DNA of 57,023 nucleotides. Source: Promethearchaeota archaeon. GTDB lineage: Archaea; Asgardarchaeota; Lokiarchaeia; Sigyniarchaeales; SOKP01. Made by a program: the position numbers and the translations under genes. This document shows, in pieces, positions 1 through 9,692 of this stretch (the stretch's first letter is position 1; each line of letters begins with the position of its first letter). Under the pieces are notes generated by a model. The model was not told where the DNA came from. It ran no database searches and saw only the letters and a program-made list of their open reading frames with translations. The DNA is taken from contig JBHLOI010000019.1 of NCBI GenBank assembly GCA_048940645.1, positions 1 to 57,023 on the forward strand. Reading direction: 5' to 3'.

Positions 1-33
1 AATAGTTGGAATTATAACTATTATTACTTCTCT

Positions 34-945
34 CTAAACTTTACAAAATTCAGGGTCATTAATTGATATTAGTTGTAAAGTTGACTCAATGACATTATAT
101 TTTTCAATTAAATAATTATTGATCTTAGAAACTAAGCTACCTTGATTATTATTCAAATTTTTATCATCAACTTTTATATACGCCGAAAAAACTAACATAT
201 CCGGAGTAATAGTCCATAAATGAACGTTATATAGGTCAATAATCTCTTGAAAATTTTCTTTTAATTCTTCACTAATAATATCGATATTCATTCCTTTTGG
301 AGTCATTTCTAATAAAATTCTTGTTGATTCCCTTAAAACACTCCAAGCCCAATAAAGAATTAGAACAGATATTCCTAGACTAACTAAAGGGTCAAGTATG
401 TTTAATCCAGTATAATAAATTATAATTGAAGCAATAACAATCCCTATCGATGATGCTGCATCAGCAATCATGTGGTAAAATACACTTTTTACATTCAGAT
501 TTTTATCTTGACTTCCCCGCAAGATAATAACACTTGTTATATTAACGCTTAAGCCAATCAAAGCAATAATGAACATATAAAATCCAAAAACTTCTTCAGG
601 ATTAATAAATCTAAGAATTGCTTCATAAACAATTATTCCAACAATTGGTAAAAGAAAAAGACCATTAATAAATGCTGCTAAGACTTCTGCGCGAAAGAGA
701 CCAAATGTTTTATGGTGACAAGGTGGTTTTCTTGCTATAAAAATAGCTAATAAGCTTATTCCAATCGCAAAAGAATGAGTAAACATATGACCGGCATCAC
801 TGAGTAAGGCGATGCTGTTAGTAATTAAACCCCCAATTATTTCTAAAATCATAACCGTAGATGTAATAGTTAAGGATATAAGTAATTTTTTCTTTTCTAC
901 TGAGCGAAATTGGAACAAATGCTGGGAAAAAGAATTTCTAATCAT
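34..945 (-). CDS. czcD: Cation diffusion facilitator (CzcD/ZitB-like Zn/Co/Cd efflux)
   Basis: SIALLSDAGHM, TFGLFRAEVLAAFING, HMIADA and C-terminal VHLW motifs; about 6 TM segments. Confidence 0.9.
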   Translation of the reverse strand: MIRNSFSQHLFQFRSVEKKKLLISLTITSTVMILEIIGGLITNSIALLSDAGHMFTHSFAIGISLLAIFIARKPPCHHKTFGLFRAEVLAAFINGLFLLPIVGIIVYEAILRFINPEEVFGFYMFIIALIGLSVNITSVIILRGSQDKNLNVKSVFYHMIADAASSIGIVIASIIIYYTGLNILDPLVSLGISVLILYWAWSVLRESTRILLEMTPKGMNIDIISEELKENFQEIIDLYNVHLWTITPDMLVFSAYIKVDDKNLNNNQGSLVSKINNYLIEKYNVIESTLQLISINDPEFCKV

Positions 946-1023
946 TGCATATCACTATAAATCTTTATAATTATAATAAAATTGAATATCTCTAATAAAA
1001 TAACAGTTTATCAAATATAACAA

Positions 1024-3117
1024 TTAATTGTTTACTATAGTCATTTTATCAATAAATATGTCTATTATTAAAGACTCAAGTGCAGGAATATCTTTTAGCT
1101 GAATTTCCTGATTCATTTTATAATATTTTTTAAAAGTTTCCCAAACATCTTTATTCCTCTGTATTTCATTGATAAAAAACTTAATACGATGCTTAGCAGA
1201 ATACGATTGACCTTTAAATATATAGCACATAAAAAAAGGTGATAAAGAGCTCATAAGGAGTGTATGTTCACCGAAGGAAGCACGATCAAGTCCTTCAGAA
1301 AACAATTCACCTATAAATGAATTAATAGCGGTTAAAAAACCTCCCAAAAGATGGTCCTCAAAAGGTTTATCTTCAATAAATGACTGCGAAAATAAAGGTG
1401 TTCCGCCCTCTGATACAATTAATAGGAGCACAGGCTCTTCATCTGTAAGTTTGGGAATGTCTATTACTCGTTTTTGGGTCATTCGCCCAATTTGTTCGTT
1501 TAGACGAGCTAAGTCCATACGTTCAGTTAAAGAAGTTTCAATTTTTTTTAGGTTTTCCCAAACTGTCAATTGTTTGAGCAATTCATCATGCTCATTCGAA
1601 ATTTTCTGAGCTAAAAGGGTAAGACCATACTTTTCAGCAATTTTCTGTCCTTGTGTTAATAATTTTCGAGCTTCTTTAAGATTCAATGAGATTAATGCTA
1701 ATTTAGCTTTAAGAAGGTAAGTTTCCCCCAAAATCCAAAAAGAATGGGATTTCTCAGATAAATCTAAAAGTTGAGTAATATGAAGTTTGATCTCTTCTAA
1801 AATTTCTACTTCATTAGTTATTTGTAATTCAGTGAGGAGTAATTCACATAAGTTTAATAATGCATTTATCAACAATTCAAGGTCCAAACTACCCCTCCCA
1901 AGAATCCTCCTTAATAATTCTTCAGCTTTTACTCGATTGCGGGCTCGAGGACTGGTTTTCAATAATAAAGCCTTATCAAAAAGATACATTAAATTAATGA
2001 GTTTGTCATTTAATTGACTATTCAGTTGCTCTAAATCACGAAGACAATTCTGTGCTCGTTCATGATCGCCCATCTCAATTAAAATCTTAATTAAGGAGTC
2101 ATGGTTAAAAGCTAGGTTTCTAATTGTTCCTAGCTCACGGTTTAATCCCATAGATTGTTCTATATTCTCTAAAGCACGCTCCAAATCTCCTTTCATTCTA
2201 TAATTTTCAGATAAATTGTTTAAAACAACAGTCATATAAAATTTATAGTTAAATTCCTTGAAAATTTCTAAACTTTGCTCATAAGATCTAATACTACGAT
2301 TTAGTTCCCCTTTCATTCCATAACTCATTCCCAAAGAGGTAAGAACCCTTGCTATCATAATATTATTGTTAATTTCAGTGCAAATTCTCAAACTTTGCTC
2401 AAAAAACATAATACTACGGTCTATTTCACCTCTAACCAGATGTACTTGCGCTATATAGTAAAGACAATATGCTATAACATTTTTATTACCACTTTCCTCG
2501 GCATAAGCCAAACTTTGCTTCAAATATTTTAAAGCACGTTCAAACTCACCTTTTCGACGCATAAATACATGGGCAAGTCCTACAAGTGAATAAGCAATTT
2601 CTTTTTTAGCATCAAGTTCTTTTCCCAATGATATACTGACCTCAAACTGCTTTATTGCCTCATCAGCCTTACTATTTTGTTCGTAAGCCCATCCTTTCAG
2701 ATGAGCTATATTTGCCTTTCTTTGCTTGTATTCTTCAACTGATTCCAGTGTCAAAGCTTTTAGCATTTCCTCTCCCTGGTTAATAATATCTTGAGCTTTT
2801 TCTGTTTGACCTTGACCCTGCATTAAAAGAGTCCAAGCCATTGTTAGTAAGATATCAACTGACAGAATGTTTTTTCCTAATCCTAAACTCTCTTTATAGG
2901 TTTGTTCAGCAAGTTTTACAGTATCTTCAAATAAACCTTGCCAAAATAAAAGCTCACACTTGAGAGAATGACATAAAACAACATCATAAGGAGTGTGAAC
3001 TCCTTTTTCCTCGAAATGTTTAATTAGCTGGTCCGCTTCATCAAGCTTATATTCGTCAATTGATTTTTTAGCCTGAATAAGCTCCTTAGATTCTGAGTGA
3101 GATATATTTTCAGCCAT
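1024..3117 (-). CDS. TPR-repeat protein with C-terminal longin-like domain
   Basis: Repeated TPR-like helices (A..Y...G....A...FE.SL); C-terminal LLIVSEGGTPLFSQSF...LLGGFLTAINSF resembles the other longin domains in this window. Confidence 0.75.
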   Translation of the reverse strand: MAENISHSESKELIQAKKSIDEYKLDEADQLIKHFEEKGVHTPYDVVLCHSLKCELLFWQGLFEDTVKLAEQTYKESLGLGKNILSVDILLTMAWTLLMQGQGQTEKAQDIINQGEEMLKALTLESVEEYKQRKANIAHLKGWAYEQNSKADEAIKQFEVSISLGKELDAKKEIAYSLVGLAHVFMRRKGEFERALKYLKQSLAYAEESGNKNVIAYCLYYIAQVHLVRGEIDRSIMFFEQSLRICTEINNNIMIARVLTSLGMSYGMKGELNRSIRSYEQSLEIFKEFNYKFYMTVVLNNLSENYRMKGDLERALENIEQSMGLNRELGTIRNLAFNHDSLIKILIEMGDHERAQNCLRDLEQLNSQLNDKLINLMYLFDKALLLKTSPRARNRVKAEELLRRILGRGSLDLELLINALLNLCELLLTELQITNEVEILEEIKLHITQLLDLSEKSHSFWILGETYLLKAKLALISLNLKEARKLLTQGQKIAEKYGLTLLAQKISNEHDELLKQLTVWENLKKIETSLTERMDLARLNEQIGRMTQKRVIDIPKLTDEEPVLLLIVSEGGTPLFSQSFIEDKPFEDHLLGGFLTAINSFIGELFSEGLDRASFGEHTLLMSSLSPFFMCYIFKGQSYSAKHRIKFFINEIQRNKDVWETFKKYYKMNQEIQLKDIPALESLIIDIFIDKMTIVNN

Positions 3118-3259
3118 ATAAAACCAATTTTGGAAATCTTGGATTGTAAACTTATGAATGTTTAAGTTAATTATAATTTTAAATATAACGTAAAAGATGA
3201 GAAAATAGAATAAATCTACTAAAAAAAGAAAGATAAAAAAATTTTAAAGTTATGAACAC

Positions 3260-3496
3260 TTACTTTACTGCTTCAAAATACATATACCATTGCTCATCGT
3301 CTTCTATGAAGTCTGTTCCTAAATGTTTATGTTTCGTTTTTGCTAAATCACGTGGTACGGATTCACTAGCAGGTTTGTAATCTGTTACCACCTTTAAAAC
3401 AGTTCCAGGTCTCATTTTCATGAGCTGTTTTTTGGTTTTTAAGGCTGGAACAGGGCACACTAACCCACAGACATTTAATTCCATATCAAATTTCAT
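3260..3496 (-). CDS. tusA: TusA/SirA-family sulfur carrier
   Basis: 78 aa; LNVCGLVCPVP (CPxP) and LKVVTD. Confidence 0.9.
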   Translation of the reverse strand: MKFDMELNVCGLVCPVPALKTKKQLMKMRPGTVLKVVTDYKPASESVPRDLAKTKHKHLGTDFIEDDEQWYMYFEAVK

Positions 3497-3528
3497 TATT
3501 TCTCTCCTTGGATATTTTATTTAATTTT

Positions 3529-5991
3529 TTAATCACATATAATTGAAAATACTGGCTCATCCATATCAGCCTTCATTTCTAGTTCCATTAGTTGAACTAA
3601 GCGTAAAGCTTCATATCTAACTTTCTTTAGTTCAAGCCCGATATTTCTTGAGATTTCCGATATCGTACTTGAGCCTTGAAGTGTTATATAATCTAATACC
3701 TGCTGTCTTGGTGTTTTCTCAAAGTTCATTAATTCACGCTTTGATTTAAGATTAACAGCAGATTTCAACTTTTCTTCATTAACTTCTCCTTGTTCGAATA
3801 ATCCCTTTTCAATTGCATTCTCGACAAGTTCCTTACCTCGAGCGGTCCATACTACAACCGTAGTATAACCATTTTTTGAGCCTACTTCTCCTGCAGTAAG
3901 ATCAGAGAATATTGCAGGGAAATCTTGACAGTGAGTACAGAAATGATTGCAACTTAAACATCTTCTTGCTTCTTGTAAAGCCATATCTTCATTGAATATT
4001 TTGTCAATTTCTTCAAAACTCCAACTTATTTCTTCAGTAGCATCATTTAGAGTCTCTGGTTTTAATGAATAATCTTTTGGAGGTTTCTTAGGCCCAGTGA
4101 AAAACGAGTTCTCGATCTTAAACCTTCCTTCGATTAAGCTTTCTCCTTTCAAATAGCGATTAATTGAAAATGCTGCTTCCTTTCCATGAGCTATTGCAGC
4201 AATCGCTACAGCTTTAGAATTGCTGATAATATCTCCGCCAGCAAAAACTCCAGGAATATTAGTTTCAAAGGTAACTTCATTTACTTTTATTTTATTTCGC
4301 TCTTTTTCTAATTTATTATTTGTTGCAACATCTATTTGTTCGAAATCTACAGCCTGACCAACTGCTATTACAATAGAATCAACAGGTATTTCATAATCTG
4401 ATCCCTCAATTTTATTCAAAGGTCGTTTCCCATTTTCATCAGGATTGCCCCATTCAATATTATAACAATTTAAAACTAATTTTTCATCTTTATTCTGAGT
4501 AATATTAGAAGTGGAAGTTATAAAGTGATATTCTATAAAGTCCATTTCATTTTCAGGGATATCTCTTAAAACCAATTCAAGTTGTTCTTTTGACATGATA
4601 TCAACAAGATGGACTTTTTCAGCGCCTAACCTAAGTGCTGTTTGAGCAACATCAACAGCAACCGCTCCTCCTCCAATTATACCTAGAGTTTTACCCTTAA
4701 ATTCTTCTTTATTCTCCCAGTAGCGATATTTCCTATCCATTAGAAAACTAATTGCTACATGGACATTTGGTAAATTTTCCCCTTCTAAGTGTAGAGTACG
4801 AGGTTTATATTGACCAGTTGCTATAAAAATAGCTTCAAAACCAGTATTTTTTAGATCGTCAATAGTCATTTCAGGACCTAATGGTTTATTGAGTATAACT
4901 TCGACGCCGGAATCTATGATCCTACCTACATCATAATCTAATACATAATTAGGTAATCTAAACTGTGGTACTCCAAATCTTAGCATCCCTCCTGTTTGAT
5001 CTGTCTTCTCAAATATGGTGGGTGCATAACCCATTCTCCTTAAGAAATATGCCGCTGTTAATCCAGCTGGTCCAGATCCAATAATAGCAACTTTTTTAGC
5101 ATTTTTATTTGATTTAATCTTTGATTTTGAAGAATTTTTAGTTCTTTCAATCTCCCATTCTGTTACAAATTTCTTTAATTCACGAATTGCAACTGGATGG
5201 TCATCTCCAATTAAAGTACAGCCATGTTCGCACTCATTTGTACAAATTCTTCCACAAATAGAGGGAAGTGGATTTTTTTCTCTAATTAAATCTACAGCCT
5301 CTTGATATTTCCCTTGACGTATTAATGAAATATACCCTTGAGCATTAACACCAGAAGGACACCCATTACAACATGGAGAGCATACTATTCCCTTATCTGT
5401 TTGCTCAGTTCGAATTTGGGAATTACAGAACAACCCTATCTTTAAAATTTTTCTACTCATTTCTCCTTCAAGTTCAGCAGCTCCACGCATTTCACATGGT
5501 ACACCAACAATACCAATTGGATCGAATGTTTCCCCTGTGAGTTCTACTAATCTTTGTAGCACACCAGATCTGCCATAAATAACACCAGCCTTTTGAACTA
5601 CTTCATTAGGATCTGAAACTACTTCAGCGATAGGTTTTTCATCTTCTTCTTGAACCATGACAATTTCTTTAAGTGTTTCGTTTTCTAACAATTCTTTAGC
5701 AAAAGTTGTAACAAATCCTCCGCTTGATGCCTTAGTTAATATCTCAGGATTTTTACTCCTTAAAGAATATATCGCAAGAGGTTCTTTCTCTTTAAATTGC
5801 TTTTGAATTACTTGGGGGCAATTTTGATAACATTTTCCACAATCTTGGCCTTCTCTTTCCAATATACAAAAATCTTTCAATTTTGGACGTTTGACTTCCA
5901 TTTCAATATGCTTACACGAACCAGCACATAAGCCGCATCCTTGACATAGACCAGCATCTACTATTTCTTCTCTTAATAATTCAAAACTCAT
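3529..5991 (-). CDS. FrhB-family (F420-binding type) protein with an inserted GltD/SudA-like FAD/NAD(P) oxidoreductase module and C-terminal winged HTH
   Basis: N-terminal 2x[4Fe-4S] (CQGCGLC..C; CGKCYQNCP); FrhB motifs SSGG, VGVPCE, IGLFC; GltD block PCCNGCP, NPLPSICGRIC, IIGSGPAG, GGMLRFGVP, FAGGD, EARRCLSC; FrhB C-half CTHCQDF..SDLTAGEVGS..GYTTVVV; terminal wHTH-like segment. Confidence 0.8.
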   Translation of the reverse strand: MSFELLREEIVDAGLCQGCGLCAGSCKHIEMEVKRPKLKDFCILEREGQDCGKCYQNCPQVIQKQFKEKEPLAIYSLRSKNPEILTKASSGGFVTTFAKELLENETLKEIVMVQEEDEKPIAEVVSDPNEVVQKAGVIYGRSGVLQRLVELTGETFDPIGIVGVPCEMRGAAELEGEMSRKILKIGLFCNSQIRTEQTDKGIVCSPCCNGCPSGVNAQGYISLIRQGKYQEAVDLIREKNPLPSICGRICTNECEHGCTLIGDDHPVAIRELKKFVTEWEIERTKNSSKSKIKSNKNAKKVAIIGSGPAGLTAAYFLRRMGYAPTIFEKTDQTGGMLRFGVPQFRLPNYVLDYDVGRIIDSGVEVILNKPLGPEMTIDDLKNTGFEAIFIATGQYKPRTLHLEGENLPNVHVAISFLMDRKYRYWENKEEFKGKTLGIIGGGAVAVDVAQTALRLGAEKVHLVDIMSKEQLELVLRDIPENEMDFIEYHFITSTSNITQNKDEKLVLNCYNIEWGNPDENGKRPLNKIEGSDYEIPVDSIVIAVGQAVDFEQIDVATNNKLEKERNKIKVNEVTFETNIPGVFAGGDIISNSKAVAIAAIAHGKEAAFSINRYLKGESLIEGRFKIENSFFTGPKKPPKDYSLKPETLNDATEEISWSFEEIDKIFNEDMALQEARRCLSCNHFCTHCQDFPAIFSDLTAGEVGSKNGYTTVVVWTARGKELVENAIEKGLFEQGEVNEEKLKSAVNLKSKRELMNFEKTPRQQVLDYITLQGSSTISEISRNIGLELKKVRYEALRLVQLMELEMKADMDEPVFSIICD

Positions 5992-5993
5992 TT

Positions 5994-7229
5994 TTATCCC
6001 TCTTTTATTTTTATTTCTTTTACAATTCCTTCTGAGTCAATCTTATATTCTACCAAACCATTCTTATAAGTTCCTTCAACGATATCAATGATTTGGGTTT
6101 TATATTCATCAAATTTATCATTATCTTTGATTTGAGACTTAAAACCACCATAAAATAAGTTAGAAAGATTCATATTTCCTGCAAGTTTTCTTATTTCTTC
6201 TGATACCTTTTTATATTGCTTAGGATTTTCTTCTTTTATTGCTTTTTGGAGATCTTCTTCTAATTCAAGTAAATTTTTACGAATTTTCTGTGTTTCTTGA
6301 CTTACTTTAATTCCATTATCTTTTTCATAGCTTTCAATAATCTTAAGGGTTAATGAAATTGATTTATCTCCTCCTAATAATCCAGAAATTAAAGGTAATT
6401 CTTCGATTAACCTCCCTATAAACACATCTTCAAGTAAAGTCCCTTCTGAAGGGATTCTTCCTTTAGGTAAGCCAGAGGTTGGTAATGTAAATCTAAAGAA
6501 ATTCCCAACTATATCAGGCAAACTTCGTGTTACATCATCCTCATTATCAGCGAGTTTATCCGTAGCTCCTTTCTCAGAATGCTCAGTAGCGACTTCAATA
6601 TTACCCATTAAGGTACCAAACATACCTAACATTCTAATACCAGATCGCTCAACGGAAGGCTTACATCCTCTACATGGAGTATTATAATCTATACATCGTT
6701 CTTTGCATTCTTTTGCTACGAAACCATTACAAAGGAAGCCCAGATCATTAAAACAAGTCTCATTATCCCTTAATTCTATTTGACGGTGAACTTCATCTAA
6801 ATAATCACAAGTCCTTTTTCTTTTGCATACATCGCACAGATTTTTCGGTTGTGGTTTTCCCGATCCATCGATTGCTAATATTAATTCTTCAATTTCTCCA
6901 AGACATCCATTAACTTCAAATGAGACATTAATTAATTTGTTCAAAGGAGTGACCCTATGTCCTCTTTGATTAGCAAGAGCAAAGACTCCACCTGTGGTTG
7001 TACAATTTCCATATGCAATAACTCGTGTTGAATTTAATTTGATTTTTTTAATAACTTCATTATCCTCAGGTAATAGATATCCAGTAATTACAGCAACTTC
7101 GATTTTTTCTTCTTTCCAATTTTTTGGATTTGTAATTAATTGTATTGAATATTTTGAATTCTCTTTTAAGAGTATTGTCTCATTAAAACATTTATTACAA
7201 CCATTAAATTGAAATATTCTAACATGCAT
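5994..7229 (-). CDS. MvhG-like hydrogenase small subunit with C-terminal degenerate large-subunit-like extension
   Basis: GCNKC, IAYGNCTTTGG, NGC, CDVC, CFNDLGFLCNG, PCRGC and PDIVGNFFRFTLP (typical MvhG end), followed by about 150 extra aa. Confidence 0.8.
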   Translation of the reverse strand: MHVRIFQFNGCNKCFNETILLKENSKYSIQLITNPKNWKEEKIEVAVITGYLLPEDNEVIKKIKLNSTRVIAYGNCTTTGGVFALANQRGHRVTPLNKLINVSFEVNGCLGEIEELILAIDGSGKPQPKNLCDVCKRKRTCDYLDEVHRQIELRDNETCFNDLGFLCNGFVAKECKERCIDYNTPCRGCKPSVERSGIRMLGMFGTLMGNIEVATEHSEKGATDKLADNEDDVTRSLPDIVGNFFRFTLPTSGLPKGRIPSEGTLLEDVFIGRLIEELPLISGLLGGDKSISLTLKIIESYEKDNGIKVSQETQKIRKNLLELEEDLQKAIKEENPKQYKKVSEEIRKLAGNMNLSNLFYGGFKSQIKDNDKFDEYKTQIIDIVEGTYKNGLVEYKIDSEGIVKEIKIKEG

Positions 7230-7671
7230 CTTTTATCGTACCCTCCTCTCTTATTGCATTAGCTAATCTTTCAACTATATCTTCAAAGTCTCCCACTGCA
7301 GTTTCACCTTCCGCTGCTCGTGAGGTATATTGATTAACGAGTTGATCGCTATACCCTAATTCCTTGAATAATTTTTTCATGAGCTTAATTCTATGCATCG
7401 ATAAAATATTACCATTAAAAAAATGACATGCCCCTAAACAACATCCTACACAAGCTACAGCATCAGCTCCGTTATTTAATGCATCCATAATTTGGATTGG
7501 ACCTACTTGACCAGTACATTGTACTCTAATAATTCGAATTGCTGGCTCATATGCCATTCGAGCAACTCCAGCTGTATTTGCTGATCCTTGTCCGCATTCA
7601 TTACACATAAATACTACTACATTTTGAATTTTCTCAAGAACTTCTGGTTCGATATATTCACATTCAGTCAT
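7219..7671 (-). CDS. mvhD: MvhD/FlpD [2Fe-2S] subunit
   Basis: FMCNEC, IRIIRVQCTG, GADAV..VGC..GACHF; likely ATG at 7671, directly after the hdrA stop. Confidence 0.88.
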   Translation of the reverse strand: MTECEYIEPEVLEKIQNVVVFMCNECGQGSANTAGVARMAYEPAIRIIRVQCTGQVGPIQIMDALNNGADAVACVGCCLGACHFFNGNILSMHRIKLMKKLFKELGYSDQLVNQYTSRAAEGETAVGDFEDIVERLANAIREEGTIKDAC

Positions 7672-7672
7672 T

Positions 7673-9691
7673 TTAGCAAACAACTCCTCCGCCTGACACG
7701 GCGATTATTTCATCTAATAATTGATCCTCTGTAAAATTTAGTAATTGAATTGCTCCTGTGGGACAAGCAGGCATACACATGCCACATGATTTACATGCAA
7801 TTTCATTTATAATTGGACTTCCATCTGGACTAATCTCAATTGCTGCAGGAGCACACACAGTTTTACATAATCCACAATTAATGCATAAATCATAATCAAT
7901 TGAAGGGACTAACATCTCTTTTTCTATATATCCTTTAACTAAAGGAGCAGCAGCTAAAGCAGCGGCATTTCCAGCATGAGCCACAGTTTCTGAGATATCT
8001 TTTGGACCTTGAATAGTACCTGCTAAAAAAATTCCTCCTTTACTACTTAACGTGGGATTCATTTTGATATGAAATTCTTTTAAGAAACCTTCCTTTGAAC
8101 GAAGCACATGTAATTTAGAACCTAATGGTCCAATTCCCTCAGGAGGTACCATTGCAGCGGAAAGTACTACTAAATCTGCCTTGAGTTTTAAAGGAGTCTG
8201 ACTTAGAGTATCTTCTACTATAACTCTTAATTCACCTGAAACAGGATCTTTAAGAATCTCTGAAGGGCGACCTCTGATAAATCTTACACCTACTTCTTGA
8301 GCTGATTTATATAATTCTTCAAAATTTAATCCAGGGGTTCTCACATCAATATAACAAATAGTTACATCTGAGTCAGGATACATTTCTTTTACTATTCTTG
8401 CATTCTTTATTGCAAACTTGCAACATACACCTGTACAATATTGATTTCCCACCTGATCGTTTCTACTCCCAACACATTGAATCATCACTGTATTTTTTGG
8501 AATTTTACCATCTGAAGGCCGCAAAACTTGACTATTAGTAAGTGAAGTCGGTGATAACATTCGTTCCAATTTAAGTTGTGTGATAACATCGTCATAACCC
8601 TCTTGCCCATAGTGATACGGTTCAATTTCAGTAGGATCATATTCATCATAACCCGCTGCAACTATTATAGAACCAACTTTGAATGTTTTTGTTTCTGGTT
8701 CCATAGAAAAATCAACTGCCTGAACAGGACAAATATTAATACAGGTATTACACTCAATACACGCTTTTTTATCTCTTACATAAGTTGCAGGAATTGCTTG
8801 TGGATAAGCTTTATATATAGCATTCCTCATAGACATTCCACTATCCCATTCACTAGGGACTTCAACTGGGCAATTAGCAGCACACTCCCCACAAGAAGTG
8901 CAATTATCTTTAACATATCGAGGTTTAATTTCAATTTCAACTTCGAAATTTCCCATTGACCCTTCAATATTTTTAATTTGGGCATTAGTATATAACTCTA
9001 TTAAGGGATGATTCGCTACTCCATTTGTTAATGGAGAGATTGAGCATTGTGGACATTCTAACGTTGGAAAGGTTTTATTTAATTGTGTCATATGACCTCC
9101 AATTGTAGAATTTTTTTCAACTAAATAAACTGGAATACCCAACTCCGCCATGTCATATGCAGATCTAAGTCCTGCGATACCTGCACCAATAACCAATGCT
9201 GCTTTAGTAGTTGGGATTTTCCTAGTTTCAACGTCTTCTAATTTTCTTGCTCTGTTAACTCCTGCTTCAACTAGTTTCATTGCTTTATCTGTTGCCTTTT
9301 CTTGCTCCTTTTGATGAACCCAGCTACAGTATTCTCGTACATTTACTTGCTGATGTTTATGCTTATTCAATCCCATTTCTTCAATTGCTTTAGCAAAAGT
9401 TCTTCCATGCTGATTTTTAGAACAAGATGCTACAACTGTTCGATTAACGCCTAATTCTTTAATAGAATCCTTAACCATTTGGACTCCAGGTTTTGAACAC
9501 ATAAACATATAATGCTCTGCTTTAACAACATTGGGTAATGTTGAAGCATATTCAGCAACTTTAGCTACATCTACAGTTCCAGCAATATTATGTCCACAAT
9601 GACACACAAACACTCCTATTTGTGGTTCATCAGTCTCAACTTTTTCCCCTAAACTTTTAACATTATCTAATTTTTCTTCTTTTATGGTCAA
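7673..9691 (-). CDS. hdrA: Heterodisulfide reductase subunit A
   Basis: IGVFVCHCG.NIAG, NVREYCSWVH, VIGAGIAG, KTFPTLEC, inserted and C-terminal ferredoxin motifs, IQCVGSR..YC..VCC; likely TTG start at 9691 after a GGAGG-rich site. Confidence 0.95.
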   Translation of the reverse strand: MTIKEEKLDNVKSLGEKVETDEPQIGVFVCHCGHNIAGTVDVAKVAEYASTLPNVVKAEHYMFMCSKPGVQMVKDSIKELGVNRTVVASCSKNQHGRTFAKAIEEMGLNKHKHQQVNVREYCSWVHQKEQEKATDKAMKLVEAGVNRARKLEDVETRKIPTTKAALVIGAGIAGLRSAYDMAELGIPVYLVEKNSTIGGHMTQLNKTFPTLECPQCSISPLTNGVANHPLIELYTNAQIKNIEGSMGNFEVEIEIKPRYVKDNCTSCGECAANCPVEVPSEWDSGMSMRNAIYKAYPQAIPATYVRDKKACIECNTCINICPVQAVDFSMEPETKTFKVGSIIVAAGYDEYDPTEIEPYHYGQEGYDDVITQLKLERMLSPTSLTNSQVLRPSDGKIPKNTVMIQCVGSRNDQVGNQYCTGVCCKFAIKNARIVKEMYPDSDVTICYIDVRTPGLNFEELYKSAQEVGVRFIRGRPSEILKDPVSGELRVIVEDTLSQTPLKLKADLVVLSAAMVPPEGIGPLGSKLHVLRSKEGFLKEFHIKMNPTLSSKGGIFLAGTIQGPKDISETVAHAGNAAALAAAPLVKGYIEKEMLVPSIDYDLCINCGLCKTVCAPAAIEISPDGSPIINEIACKSCGMCMPACPTGAIQLLNFTEDQLLDEIIAVSGGGVVC

Positions 9692-9692
9692 T

